A DNA stretch of 32,309 nt, from NCBI GenBank assembly GCA_008369845.1, contig MRSU01006942.1, forward strand, positions 1 through 32,309, given 5' to 3'. How positions within the stretch are numbered: the first letter of the stretch is position 1; every line of letters begins with the position of its first letter. A program made the translations under genes and the position numbers. The notes under the pieces were generated by a model, which saw only the letters and a program-made list of their open reading frames with translations, had not been told where the DNA came from and did not search any database. This stretch comes from Trichomonas gallinae (Eukaryota). This document shows, piece after piece, positions 9,494-20,486 of the stretch.

Positions 9494-9655
9494 GACACAT
9501 CAATTTTCATTAGAATGAAAAAACACTAGTAAAAGTAATCTTAAAGGAATATATTAAGAATTGGATGTGTGATGATGAATTCCTCATTTTCATCCTTCAA
9601 ATTATTGTTGTGAATATAGCAACTTCGTTTGTCTCTATATATGAAACTGATTTAA

Positions 9656-9673
9656 TTTTTTTTTTTTTTTTTT
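9656..9673. repeat. Poly(T) tract, 18 nt
   Basis: Direct reading of the sequence. Confidence 0.9.
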
Positions 9674-9906
9674 AGTTTGGATTTTGTAGGGAGCAATGAG
9701 ATTTTTTAGTTGGTGTACTTGAAAATAGATGTTATCTTGTTTGTAACGATTTAGATGACTCTGTAATCAGAGAATAATTCATCAAATACTTCTGATTTAT
9801 CATGACAATAAGGTGATAAACCCTATTAGTCATAAAGTATTATATATTAATTATGAATATACCAAAACATATTTATTACATATCATATAAATAACAAAAA
9901 TAAAAA

Positions 9907-12798
9907 TTAAACAACATGTGGTGACATTATACGAGCATTTCCTCTCTTTCTCGTTCTTGGAGAAATTAAAATCGAATTCAAAGATTGCGAATGCATTTCG
10001 AGTCCTGTTATAATATCAATGAACTGAGTTTGTGCTTCATTGACTTTTTGCAGAGCAACTTCGCATTCTTTCTTTTTCGCCGTAATTCTCTGCTTTTCGT
10101 CATTACCTATTTCAGGATCTTGAGACTGTGCAACCAATGAACCTCTAAGAGCCCACAATCTTAGAATTTCGGCGTCGAGTTTAGTGTTTTTCTCGTTGTT
10201 ATTATTCATGAGCTGCTCTATGTACTGGTTGTCTTTTGCTGCTCTTTTTTGCAACGTATCATCCAAGACTCCTTTCTTTTTGTCGAATTCGTCGTTGCAC
10301 AAAGACTGTAGCTCGGAGAGAGAGTTCTTCACGGATTCAATTCTCCTCTGTATAGCTGCCACAGATTTTTTGTGCTCTTCTATAAGAATGGATTTTTGTT
10401 TTTCAACTTTATCAACGATTTCTTGTTTTTTCTGTTCTGTTTCTTTTGTAAGACTTTCATTCAAGTTATTATTGAATTCTGTTTCCTCTTGGAACATCTT
10501 TTCATTCTCTTTGTATTTCTTCTCTATGTTTACTTTCTGTTCGTCAAAATCTTTCTTGGTTCTTGTAATTGCATTTGACATTTTTGTTTTATCATCTTCC
10601 AATAATTTTGTTGCTTCAGAAATTTTTTGCTCAGATTCAGTCTGCTTAGCTTTGAATTCGTTTAGCGCGCTTGTTAATTTGTCTCCATTCTTAGCTGATT
10701 CTATCTGCTGCTGCATTTTCTTCACTTTTTGTTCGTTTTGTTGCTTTAACTGTTTCAGAGCCCTTTGTCTTTGATTTATCATATCTTGTGCCCTATTTTG
10801 CACATTCCTTATCTTGCGGACTTGATCGATAATAGCGAAAGCCCTTTTATTCTCTTCTGGATCAAACAGTTTCGAGAGCTGCTCGATTTTGTTTGAAAGC
10901 TCAACTTGTTCGAACTGAATTTTTATATCATATTCTTTTCCGATTTCTTCTGTCTCTGATTTGATAGAACGTTGGTGCTGCCTGATGAGTTTCTCTGTGT
11001 TCGATATCATAGCATTAAGCGCAGAAATTTTGTTCTGGCTTTCGATATTTGCACGCGAAATTAGTTCATCGACAACTTGGATTTTTCTGTTCATTTCTTC
11101 GACGTCTTTTTCGTGTTCTATCTGCTCTTTATCTTTCTCGACTGTCTTGAGAATGTTGGCCATGCTGTCCTGCAACTGTTTGTCGAATGCTTCCTTTGAT
11201 TTTGTCTTTTTGTCGGCCAAATCTCTCCTGAAACCAGATAATACTTGGTCAACTTTTTTCTTATTTTCTGTTTCTCTTCTCGTTTCTCCTTGCCTAATTT
11301 CTGATTTTCGGCCTTCAAGTCTGCTGTTGTTCGCTTTTTCATAATCTTGAGATTGAATCTGGTTTTTCTGTTCAATTTGCGTAATTTCTGTTTGGTTCGC
11401 TTGGTTTAATCTTCGAAGATCACCTTGAAGTTTCTCTATTTCTGTCTGTATTGATTTTCTTTTGTTTTTTCCGATATCATTCGAGGTCGAAATCACGCCG
11501 TTTATATTAGAAAACTGATCATTCTCATATTTGTCGAATTTTGCTTTGAGTTCTTGTAATCTTTTGCTGAAACCTTGAAGCTCTGATTGAATTTGATTTG
11601 CTTCATATTGCTTTGATTGAGATATTGATGTGAGCATTGAAATTAATGATTTTGAGAAGTTTTCTTTGACAACTTGAATGGAAACTCCTAAGTTATCAAT
11701 ATTACTTTGTGATTCTTTGATAATCGATTCGAAAAATTGTCTTTCTTTTTCTAAAACTTGCTTGTATTCAGCTTGTGTGGCTGCAATAAGAAGCTGCTGA
11801 TTGTTAATATCACCCATTTTCGCTTCAAGAAGATGCTCGTTATTATATTTCATGTCATTTATTTGCGAAACTATTGATGTGAGTTCGTTTTTCATGTGTA
11901 CTTGCTTCTGTTGGCGCATTCTTTCTTCGTCTGTGACTTCTTCTTGAAAAGTTGTGATTAAAGCGGCTTGTTTTCCGCACAAAGCTTGGATCTGAGCCTT
12001 ATTTTTAGATATGTTGGATGCATATTGTGCCAAAAAATCCGAGAAATTCTGTCTAAATAATCTAATTAATTGTGATTCACTATTTCTATAATGGCTAACT
12101 TCACTAAATAACTGGCTATTCGATTCTTTTGCCGTTTTTATCTTATGTAATAAAGAAATTAAAGTTGGTTTTCTTCTAATTATTTCGTTGGTCAAAAATA
12201 CGTTTTTTTCCTTCATCAATGATTTCATCGTTGATTTGTGGTCATGGGTCATTTTCGAGAGCCTTTCTTCGTGCTCTGCCTGTAATTGCTTCATCTTCTG
12301 ATTAACTGGATTGATTACGCTGTTTAAATCGGATATCGACTTGCTCTTTACTTTCTTTTTCGTTGGCATAAACTCGGCCTTGAAAGCATCAGCCGAATGA
12401 ATGACAGGATCTGCTGCTTGAAAGTTTTGTTTTCGTAAATTCGCGATTATTTCTGAAAGATCTTTGGCTTCTCTTGATATATTGTTGATAGTCTCTATTC
12501 TAGATGTGACTAACTCGTTGTATTCTGTTTTCGTAGCTTTATATTTTTGAGCAAATTTTCTGCATTCGTTATCGATTGTAGCTTTACGAAAATTAAAGAG
12601 CCTTGTGTTCATATCTTCGAGCTGTTGTCGATGATCAATGAAAATCTGACTAATTTGATTTTCATATTTTTGTTGAACAGAAAGAAGCAAAGCTGCGTGA
12701 TCCATAGATATATTGCGCATCGAAACGATGACTTTCGACAATTGTGCAACCTTTTTGCATGAATTGTGCTTGAAAGCCTCGTTTCTATCTGTTATCAT
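9907..12798 (-). CDS. Long coiled-coil protein with a FAM184-like N-terminus
   Basis: K/E/Q-rich helical ORF. The N-terminal CKKVAQLSKVIVSMR...KYENQISQI resembles FAM184 SKKIAQLTKVIYALN...HEEEIQQI. The first ATG is at 12798; the track start at 12852 is GTG. Confidence 0.8.
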   Translation of the reverse strand: MITDRNEAFKHNSCKKVAQLSKVIVSMRNISMDHAALLLSVQQKYENQISQIFIDHRQQLEDMNTRLFNFRKATIDNECRKFAQKYKATKTEYNELVTSRIETINNISREAKDLSEIIANLRKQNFQAADPVIHSADAFKAEFMPTKKKVKSKSISDLNSVINPVNQKMKQLQAEHEERLSKMTHDHKSTMKSLMKEKNVFLTNEIIRRKPTLISLLHKIKTAKESNSQLFSEVSHYRNSESQLIRLFRQNFSDFLAQYASNISKNKAQIQALCGKQAALITTFQEEVTDEERMRQQKQVHMKNELTSIVSQINDMKYNNEHLLEAKMGDINNQQLLIAATQAEYKQVLEKERQFFESIIKESQSNIDNLGVSIQVVKENFSKSLISMLTSISQSKQYEANQIQSELQGFSKRLQELKAKFDKYENDQFSNINGVISTSNDIGKNKRKSIQTEIEKLQGDLRRLNQANQTEITQIEQKNQIQSQDYEKANNSRLEGRKSEIRQGETRRETENKKKVDQVLSGFRRDLADKKTKSKEAFDKQLQDSMANILKTVEKDKEQIEHEKDVEEMNRKIQVVDELISRANIESQNKISALNAMISNTEKLIRQHQRSIKSETEEIGKEYDIKIQFEQVELSNKIEQLSKLFDPEENKRAFAIIDQVRKIRNVQNRAQDMINQRQRALKQLKQQNEQKVKKMQQQIESAKNGDKLTSALNEFKAKQTESEQKISEATKLLEDDKTKMSNAITRTKKDFDEQKVNIEKKYKENEKMFQEETEFNNNLNESLTKETEQKKQEIVDKVEKQKSILIEEHKKSVAAIQRRIESVKNSLSELQSLCNDEFDKKKGVLDDTLQKRAAKDNQYIEQLMNNNNEKNTKLDAEILRLWALRGSLVAQSQDPEIGNDEKQRITAKKKECEVALQKVNEAQTQFIDIITGLEMHSQSLNSILISPRTRKRGNARIMSPHVV

Positions 12799-12820
12799 AA
12801 AAATTCTAAAAAGCAACAAC

Positions 12821-12917
12821 TTTACATGGCAATATTGATCAAAAATTGACACGTAAATATATTCGATCAGAAATTAAATAGTTTATTTGTCATATTTTTG
12901 GAAAATTGCCATGTAAA
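12821..12917. promoter_or_regulatory. Three TTTACRTGDCA motifs
   Basis: TTTACATGGCA at 12821-12831, TGACACGTAAA at 12847-12857 and TGCCATGTAAA at 12907-12917, upstream of ATG 12798. Confidence 0.55.
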
Positions 12918-13552
12918 ATCTGTCTCAAAAAAAAAGACGTTAATTAACACTAATTTGATTTTTGAGTCCAGACCATTGTCTTTGAACAATTTCAGCCATT
13001 AGGAAATGCTAGATGTCTTCATTAGAACGCTATGGCACCAATTGTTAATGAAATCATGTGAAATTTTTATCATTGTTTATGATATCACAAAAAAAATACA
13101 ACAGGGAGATGCGTATTTAACAATTTCAGTTTTATTCAGCAAATTCTGCATAGATTTTTATAAAATCAAGCTAGATAAATTTTAAATAATTTTAAAACAT
13201 CGGTTTTTGTGTGCATTATATTAGACATAATCAGTAAAACTACTTATTTGTTTTCTAGGTTTATGTAAAATTACAGGATTTAATTTGAAGTTTACTATTA
13301 TTTAAAATATGTGCTATTATATGGATACCACGATGTTTACTAAGTATACTAAGAATAAATTGTATTAGTGACGCATTAAAAACTCTTTTTTTGAGATATC
13401 TGCAACAAAATCCGTTCCTAAAGATGTTATCAAACGCTTATCTTGTATTGATTATTATATTTTGGACAGCATTATATGTGCTGTGATTATTTGATAATTT
13501 TGGAACGCTATAAATAAATATAGAATTTTACATACAAAAATAACTATACAAA

Positions 13553-14563
13553 TTAATTATTAGGAACAACAAAAAGTGGCTTAAAGAAAGGATGCTTAAG
13601 GGCATCGTGAGCTGTAACTCTCTGTCGATGATCAATCGCCGTCATTCTTTGAAGCAAATCTATAGCATCAGGAGGACACAAATCTGGAGAAGCCTTAGCA
13701 ACATGTTTTTGCCAGCCTGTTCCTCGCTTTTTAAGCAAAGTTGATTTTGTTGAATCATCTAACGTCATGCCAAGGCTTTCGGCGTAATCAATAATTCCCT
13801 TACCTCCGACGAGTTCAGCCACTTTAATAAGTTGTTCTGTGTCATCTTCGCCGCATTCAATCGGAATTCGCTTAAACATCATAATTGATAGAGTTAGACC
13901 AGCAGACCAGATGTCCATTGAATAATCATAGTAAGGGTATGAAAACAGGAGCTCGGGTGGCTTGAAAACGCGAGTTGCGACATGAGAATTGTAGGCCTGC
14001 TTTGGATGATAAAAATCAGCAAGGCCCCAATCCAGCAATCTGAGTCGGTGATGTTCTTTGTCAATTGCAATGTTTTGCGGCTTGATATCTCGATGCATGA
14101 TTCCATGTGAATGAGATGTGTCAAGTGCATCTAATAATTTGTATATGTATAAGCGAATGTCATCGATTGAGAATGAAGAATAGAGAGATCGCCAATCATA
14201 AAAATCAACCCATTCTGAAACAAAGGAATAAACACCAGTAACTGGGTCTTTTATCAAATCATACAGCTGTAGAATATTTCTTTCCCCTTTAAGATTCGTT
14301 AAAATTTTGATTTCGCGATTATAACGTTTCGGATCAAGAGGAACTAAAATTTTGATAGCGCATTCTGTTCTTCTGTTATGAATTGCTTTAAAGACAATCG
14401 AATATTTTCCACGTCCAACTTTTTTAATTAGCGCATAATTTTCTGGTGAATTCCATGTTGGCTCAAAATTTTTATGATCGTACCACGAAGGGCCACGAGT
14501 TTGGTTGACATCTGCATATATCTGAGAAACAGAAATCAAAACACCATTTCTATCTCGCGACAT
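13553..14563 (-). CDS. Casein kinase II alpha-like CMGC kinase
   Basis: YADVN, GRGKYS, REIKIL, GIMHRDIKPQN and the CK2-diagnostic DWGLADFYHP, plus YDYSMDIWS. Confidence 0.93.
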   Translation of the reverse strand: MSRDRNGVLISVSQIYADVNQTRGPSWYDHKNFEPTWNSPENYALIKKVGRGKYSIVFKAIHNRRTECAIKILVPLDPKRYNREIKILTNLKGERNILQLYDLIKDPVTGVYSFVSEWVDFYDWRSLYSSFSIDDIRLYIYKLLDALDTSHSHGIMHRDIKPQNIAIDKEHHRLRLLDWGLADFYHPKQAYNSHVATRVFKPPELLFSYPYYDYSMDIWSAGLTLSIMMFKRIPIECGEDDTEQLIKVAELVGGKGIIDYAESLGMTLDDSTKSTLLKKRGTGWQKHVAKASPDLCPPDAIDLLQRMTAIDHRQRVTAHDALKHPFFKPLFVVPNN

Positions 14564-14949
14564 AATTATTAAAAACTGACACAGTTAGGTTGTCACGTTT
14601 TAAAAATTTCTTGCCATTTGACACTTTACAAAACATGCTTTTTAACTATTCCGTCTGTCCATTAAATAATATGGTATATGTGCATATAGTATATAGACAA
14701 AGTTTGGAGCGAAACAGCTTTGATTTTTGCTTCAAGACATGATTATCTTTGAATTATCTAACTGCTTCTCACAGTTCCTGGAATAGATTCTATGTATGAA
14801 CAAAAGCTCTATTTTATTCCAATTAAAAAATCTTGTTGAAGATATAAAATATGAACCAAATGCTCCTATTGAGAAAGATACTAAGGGACAGTCGGAATAA
14901 GTATTTTATTGATAGTATAAATAATATTTATTTTATAGTAATAAACAGA

Positions 14950-16242
14950 TTAATATTCAAAGTCAAGATCCTCGTTCATTCTTGTTTCGCCTGCCTTCCA
15001 CTGTCTTACTGTGTTGTCCTTGGAAGCAGTGATAATTCTATCGCCTGCGTAGTTAAACGAGCACATCAAAACGGCGTCAGTGTGGCCTTCCAAAACTTCG
15101 GTGCAAACACCATCCTCTACATCCCACAGCCTGCATGTTGTATCATCAGAAGCAGTCAATAGCTTATTGCTTTGAGGCGAGAACATCACTGAGCCAACTT
15201 CGTCAGTGTGGCCTTCGCAGACAGCAATTCTGTTTCCGTTGACTGTCGACCATATTGCAGCGGTTTTATCCAATGACGCTGTGGCTACTTTCGTTCCATC
15301 TATAGCAAAACAGACATTTAATACTTGGTCTGTGTGTCCAGACAGAACCGCGATGTTCTTGACTGTCCGTATATCCCATAGTCTGGCTGTTCTATCTTCC
15401 GATCCTGTAATGACCATGTTGCCGCATGTCGAAAATTCGGCGCCAGTCAACTCCCCTTGGTGTCCTCTGAGTATCGATATGCAGTCTCCTGTCCTTGTGT
15501 CCCACAGCCTGGCCGTGTGATCGAAAGAAGATGTCAAAAGCATTGGCTCTGTTGGATGGAAATCGATTCCGATAACTTCTGCCGTGTGGTCTTCAAGGAT
15601 GTGTTTAATCATGCCTGTCTCGACATCCCAGATGCGACACGTTGAATCCATTGATGCTGTGGCAACTAGAGTCGATGTTGGATCAAACCGTATGGACACA
15701 ACTTCTTGTGAGTGTCCTTTCAGCATGTGGAGATTCTTCGCAGTTTGAACGTCCCAGATTCCACCAGTTTTGTCAAAAGACGCTGTTGCAACTAGATTTC
15801 CAACTGGTGTGTTGAACGTGCAGTTGTATACTACGTTCGTGTGTCCTTTTAGAGTAGCTATATTGCGGCCAGACTCGGTTTCCCAGATGCAACATGTTCG
15901 ATCTGAGGAAGCTGTCACGAATAAGTCGCCATTTTTGTTGAACGAGCAGTCTAATATAGGCATCTGATGTGTTTTATGCACATTTTGTAAGAAAAATTGT
16001 GAGTATTCGACATTTTGCATTCTAAGAATTTGTTGTAAGGCATCAATAAGCTTTTGCTTATGTCTTGCTGGAAATTCGCTGTTTTCGGAAATAATTTTGG
16101 TAGCAAGCGCATTTAAATCTGTTAAATTTGTTATAGCAGGCAAAGGAATGTTTTTTCGTTTAATTTGGCCAGCAATGGCATACTCCAGACTGAGTCCTGG
16201 CGGATAATATTTCACATTTAAGCTCTTAAGTTTAACTGACAT
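14950..16242 (-). CDS. DAW1: Dynein assembly factor with WD repeats 1 (WDR69/ODA16)
   Basis: The N-terminus KLKSLNVKYYPPGLSLEY matches the ODA16/WDR69 YYPPG signature and is followed by about 8 regular GH...WD repeats. Confidence 0.9.
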   Translation of the reverse strand: MSVKLKSLNVKYYPPGLSLEYAIAGQIKRKNIPLPAITNLTDLNALATKIISENSEFPARHKQKLIDALQQILRMQNVEYSQFFLQNVHKTHQMPILDCSFNKNGDLFVTASSDRTCCIWETESGRNIATLKGHTNVVYNCTFNTPVGNLVATASFDKTGGIWDVQTAKNLHMLKGHSQEVVSIRFDPTSTLVATASMDSTCRIWDVETGMIKHILEDHTAEVIGIDFHPTEPMLLTSSFDHTARLWDTRTGDCISILRGHQGELTGAEFSTCGNMVITGSEDRTARLWDIRTVKNIAVLSGHTDQVLNVCFAIDGTKVATASLDKTAAIWSTVNGNRIAVCEGHTDEVGSVMFSPQSNKLLTASDDTTCRLWDVEDGVCTEVLEGHTDAVLMCSFNYAGDRIITASKDNTVRQWKAGETRMNEDLDFEY

Positions 16243-16310
16243 TTAAAAATCTCGTTTAAAAAATTTCTAGATTTTAGGGTCATGAAAAATTAATAAGGGG
16301 AATATGAAAT

Positions 16311-16321
16311 TGACATGTAAA
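16311..16321. promoter_or_regulatory. TGACATGTAAA motif upstream of DAW1
   Basis: Exact copy about 70 bp upstream of ATG 16242. Confidence 0.5.
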
Positions 16322-16651
16322 TTTCAAAATCTGACAAAACGTCAAAATCCCTTTTCTCTATATTATATGCCTAGATCTCGAAATTACCGCCTTCGTTAGT
16401 TATTAAAATGGTGTAATATAAACATATATAGTTTCACTTTTGACTATATAACATTAGGTTTCACGCTTGTTTAATTCGATTTTTAATTAAAAATAGTTAA
16501 AAAGGAATGAAATAATATATAGTTATGATCTTTAATAACAATTTGATATATACATATAATTATATGATCAATAATAGAAACCTAATATATAAAACACATT
16601 CTCTATATAACAAATTTGATGTGTAAACAGCGATTCCGTTGTGCAAATGAA

Positions 16652-19600
16652 TTATTTTCTGATAACTGGATCGATTTCATTTGCAACTGTGTCAATTTCT
16701 TCTCTTGATTCTCTGAGTAATTCGAGGAAAGTTTCCCAGAATCTTTCACCGTGTTTGTACAGCTCTGGGTGTCTCGTCTCGTTGTATATCTGGCAGTTCT
16801 TTCTAATCTGGTGGACATCTTGATAGAATGAGTCGACAGTTGTGTATTCCTCGTTCTTCACACTCCTCTCGATATCCATGATGCACTTCGGGTTCTTGAT
16901 GACTTTGTAGTAGTCAGGGACATACTTCTTGGAGACAGGCTCAAGGAAGACATCCCACTGCTGATCGTTCTTGAGTTTGGTGACAATTTCACGCAAGAGC
17001 TCATTGAACCTTGTGACAGGCGACTTCGATCTCCTCGATCTGACGACTGTTGTTGTTTCTGGTACATCATCGTCATCATCCTCGCTGTCGCCTAGCACCA
17101 TGTTCTGTGATCTGCCGGACTTCTTCTTTGATGAGCTTGATGAGCTATGCGACTTGCCGTTCGCCGCCATGAAATTGTTAAAGCGTGCGCTAGCGTCCTG
17201 AATTCTTTTGATGATTTCTGGCTCGAGGTGGAACTGCAGCTGACCGTCAGGATCTGTGACCAATAAAACCTGGTGGTCATAAGGAATGAAGCGCTGAACT
17301 AACGTGTACAAATCGTTCTTGTGCTTCTGAGCTGCTTTCGTTCTCCTGAGTTTGTCGAGAAGATGCTTTTTCTGATCCTTCAGCATCCTCATCTCGATGT
17401 CTTCCGCTCTTGTAACTGTCTTAGACGTCTGTTCGTTGTTGACAGGAGATTCGAGCTTCTCGAGGTCAGCGATCTGGTGCGGCGTTCTTCGCCACTGTAT
17501 ATTGACGACCGGCCTCAAGTTTTGGTCCAAAGAAACATTGATAATTTTCGCCGCCTTCCTCTTCCTGCAATCTCCGTAGCCGAGTTCGTTCCAGTCGATT
17601 TCGAGATGATGTGTGGCGAGTCCGTGCGGAATGAGCTCCGGTGGATCTCCACCTGCGGGGCGATTTTTGATTTCGTTGTCGTCGTTCTTGAATGCTTCGC
17701 TGACGTCTTCTTCCTCTTCTTCTTCGTCCAAGTCTTCTCTGTTCATCTGCAGCGCGATGTCATCGAGGACAGTACCATCATCGAAATTGACTGAGCTGTT
17801 CGTGTTGTTCGATGCAATGAAATTCAGGTTGTTGAGGAATGTTTCTTGGTAAACTTTCTTGTAGCGCTGAACAATCGCCGCGTTGTCGTTCCTAGGACCT
17901 CTCGAGAAGTTCTCTGTGATGTTGTCTTCTTTGCCGTCTTGAGCTTTGCTGTTAGCGAGTTCTCTCAGAAGACCGACTTGTGCCCATCTTGTGAGCTTCT
18001 CGATTTCAGACGCTGGGACGCCAAGCAGCAAGAGTTTGTCTCTCAGCTCCCGGAGCGTGAGAGCTCTCAAGTCGGCCTTTGTACCTGCGAGTGGCTTCTT
18101 CGGCTGTGCCTGTGGTGCGCCCATTGAGTTGTCGTGCTCTCTCCTTGACTTTGTACGCATAATCTGCTGGCCATCTTCGGTTCTTTGGATCTGCATGGCC
18201 TGGCCTTCGAAGGCCTTCACGAAGTTCTCTGTTCTCGCCCATGGCGTTTTCATCAGCTCGATTTCGATTCTTGCGGCGACTTTTTTGGTCAGCTCGCCTT
18301 CAAGTTTCTGGATCTGCTGGTAGACTCTCCTGGATCTGATGAGGATGTTGACGCCTGACTTCTTCAGGTGGTAGTGACCGACAAGCATTGATTGATATGA
18401 GCAGACATCTTCTGGTGTGATATCGATTTTCTGGAATTCTGCGTCGAGATTGACGTCATCTTTGATCTTCCAGAAGCCGTTGCCTTGTTCTCTGTAGAAA
18501 TCTGCGAAATCTTTGAGAATTCCTCTTAATTTTGGTTCATTTACATCAGGGAAGAACTCTTTGATGACATTCTGAACCTGTATATGGTGGCGGCCAGGGT
18601 ATTGAGGTGTACCTCTGAAAATATTGATCAGAATCGCTTTGATGAAATGAAGGTTGAATTTCTGAGCATCTTTTGTGCCTGGTCTCATGACTTTTCTTCT
18701 GGCCTCGAGAAGACCAGTGCAATAGCTAGCCTCAATTCGCCTTATATAGAAGAGAGGCTTGTTTGGAGATCTAACGAGAATGAAATCTGTAATTTCGACA
18801 GGATGCTTGGCAACAGGAACGTTAAACATATTGCAAGAAAGGCATTGAATTGGTTCATTCTTCGGAATTTCGCCAATAAACGGAGATGCATGATCAGGCT
18901 CAAGAATCTGCCAGAACTGATCGAAATTACGCGGGTTATCACCGATTCTCTCCTTATGCCAGTAAGTGACAAGCGTAGAAGCCATGCCGACGTTTGTGAT
19001 AAATTGCGGATATTCAGCTGTTTGTTCAACAACGATGAGCCCGCCTCTTTGGCCACTTAAATCTGGTAAATCTTTGAGGAAAGGCGAAACCTGCATGTCA
19101 TTGTCATCCTCGACAGTTGCATCAGGCTGATATGTAATAATGTAAGTCTGGCCGATAATTGGCGCTGTATTCAAGTGTGGGTGATGAAAATTTTCAAGAT
19201 CGCGTAAGTTTGGCTCGATTAAAATGAGATTTAAAGCTGGTGAAGAATGTTGAAGAACCTGATGCATTCTGTTCTCTTTTGCGGTTTTCAAGCGAATGTA
19301 GAACTTCTCTGAGTGCAAATCAATTGTATTCCAATCAAGAGGAGCCAAATTTTTAGTTGTTTGAAATTCGTAGCCATTTATTGTTTGTTCTTTTTGGGCT
19401 GTGAACGGAATCGATTTATCTGATTTGTCGAGAGATAAAGGAACGTTTTGTACTTTCGAGTCCATTATACCATATTCGTTATGAATAAGTGTTGAATTAA
19501 TGAATGGTGAATCAAGAACTTGCTGTTGTGGAGGTGTAGGACGATGTTGTTGTTGACTGATGATCTGTGCGAAGTATTGTTTTGAAAAAAGTGTTTGATT

Positions 19601-20326
19601 TGGGTAAAAATTGGGATAAGATGGTGATGGCTTCATTTGCGGTTGCATAAATCTCGGATCCTGTTGTCTCTGTTGTTGTTGCTGCTGCTGTGCCTCTGCT
19701 TCTTTCTTTTGTGCTGCTTTGATGTAAAAATTTTCAGCATCGAATGTAATATTCTTGTCAGCATCGTCATCAGCTTGTTTAGGTTCCTCGGGCGGAGGCG
19801 CTGGTGCTGCAATTGTACCCGAAGGACTCCTAGACATCGAATATTGTGGTAAAAACTGAGGCGCGAGTTTATTTTGTAATTGTAATGGAAGCATTGCGTT
19901 GAGTGCACTCGATGAGTTTAAGCGCTGCATTGGATTTGATGGTTGACGATATTGTTGTTTTGGCGGCGGTGGAGCTGGAGGCGGTGCGTTTGTATAATGT
20001 AAAGTTTCAAAAGCTCGCTGATTGAATAATGTGAAATGTGGAAACGAAAGCGTAATTTTGTTTTCTTTTTTATTTTCTGGTGTAAGATTTAAGTCTTCTT
20101 TTTTGATTTGATTTAAAGATCCTTTCGCGCGCTTTTTTGGTAAGGGTAAAAGCCCTTGATTTGTCTCGCTTCTTGTAATTGTTGATCTTCGAGTTGGATT
20201 TCGGGTCCTGAAATGAGTTTTCCACTGCTCTGCTTTATACATGAAGTCGGAATAAGTATTCTGACTCGTATCATACTCGATCAACAATGAGTCGTAAAGA
20301 CTTATTGATCGAGACTCAGTAGTCAT
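16652..20326 (-). CDS. TAF1: TFIID subunit TAF1 homologue with one C-terminal bromodomain
   Basis: TAF1 central-domain motifs NVGMAS, TDFILVRS, ITPEDVCSYQSM, TPWARTENF and GTKADLRALT...GVPASEIEKLTRW. Bromodomain FLEPVSKKYVPDYYKVIKNP...NCQIYN. The first ATG is at 20326; the track start at 20368 is TTG. Confidence 0.9.
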   Translation of the reverse strand: MTTESRSISLYDSLLIEYDTSQNTYSDFMYKAEQWKTHFRTRNPTRRSTITRSETNQGLLPLPKKRAKGSLNQIKKEDLNLTPENKKENKITLSFPHFTLFNQRAFETLHYTNAPPPAPPPPKQQYRQPSNPMQRLNSSSALNAMLPLQLQNKLAPQFLPQYSMSRSPSGTIAAPAPPPEEPKQADDDADKNITFDAENFYIKAAQKKEAEAQQQQQQQRQQDPRFMQPQMKPSPSYPNFYPNQTLFSKQYFAQIISQQQHRPTPPQQQVLDSPFINSTLIHNEYGIMDSKVQNVPLSLDKSDKSIPFTAQKEQTINGYEFQTTKNLAPLDWNTIDLHSEKFYIRLKTAKENRMHQVLQHSSPALNLILIEPNLRDLENFHHPHLNTAPIIGQTYIITYQPDATVEDDNDMQVSPFLKDLPDLSGQRGGLIVVEQTAEYPQFITNVGMASTLVTYWHKERIGDNPRNFDQFWQILEPDHASPFIGEIPKNEPIQCLSCNMFNVPVAKHPVEITDFILVRSPNKPLFYIRRIEASYCTGLLEARRKVMRPGTKDAQKFNLHFIKAILINIFRGTPQYPGRHHIQVQNVIKEFFPDVNEPKLRGILKDFADFYREQGNGFWKIKDDVNLDAEFQKIDITPEDVCSYQSMLVGHYHLKKSGVNILIRSRRVYQQIQKLEGELTKKVAARIEIELMKTPWARTENFVKAFEGQAMQIQRTEDGQQIMRTKSRREHDNSMGAPQAQPKKPLAGTKADLRALTLRELRDKLLLLGVPASEIEKLTRWAQVGLLRELANSKAQDGKEDNITENFSRGPRNDNAAIVQRYKKVYQETFLNNLNFIASNNTNSSVNFDDGTVLDDIALQMNREDLDEEEEEEDVSEAFKNDDNEIKNRPAGGDPPELIPHGLATHHLEIDWNELGYGDCRKRKAAKIINVSLDQNLRPVVNIQWRRTPHQIADLEKLESPVNNEQTSKTVTRAEDIEMRMLKDQKKHLLDKLRRTKAAQKHKNDLYTLVQRFIPYDHQVLLVTDPDGQLQFHLEPEIIKRIQDASARFNNFMAANGKSHSSSSSSKKKSGRSQNMVLGDSEDDDDDVPETTTVVRSRRSKSPVTRFNELLREIVTKLKNDQQWDVFLEPVSKKYVPDYYKVIKNPKCIMDIERSVKNEEYTTVDSFYQDVHQIRKNCQIYNETRHPELYKHGERFWETFLELLRESREEIDTVANEIDPVIRK

Positions 20327-20372
20327 TTTAAAATATTTGCTTCCTGAACGATTAAATAAACTATTCAAAATA

Positions 20373-20448
20373 TTTTGATTTGTAAAAAATTACATGGCAT
20401 AATTCATATTTGCCATTATTTTTGATTTGTAAAGTTTTTACATGACAT
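20373..20448. promoter_or_regulatory. Duplicated ~28-bp block carrying the TTACATG(G/A)CA motif upstream of TAF1
   Basis: TTTTGATTTGTAAAAAATTACATGGCAT (20373-20400) and TTTTGATTTGTAAAGTTTTTACATGACAT (about 20420-20448). Confidence 0.55.
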
Positions 20449-20461
20449 TGTAGTGATTTGA

Positions 20462-20486
20462 TTTTTTTTTTTTTTTTTTCTTTTTT
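20462..20486. repeat. Poly(T) tract (T18-C-T6)
   Basis: Direct reading of the sequence. Confidence 0.9.

Noticed and set aside
9656..9673. Poly(T) tracts as retroposon tails (also 20462-20486)
   Set aside because: No target-site duplication or shared adjacent body sequence was seen. They are more likely simple promoter-region homopolymers.
12799..12852. GTG/TTG N-terminal extensions given by the track (also 2820, 20368, 20869)
   Set aside because: An in-frame ATG follows shortly in each case, and most of the extensions overlap or abut promoter motifs. Only the 31252 case has protein-level support for a non-ATG start.
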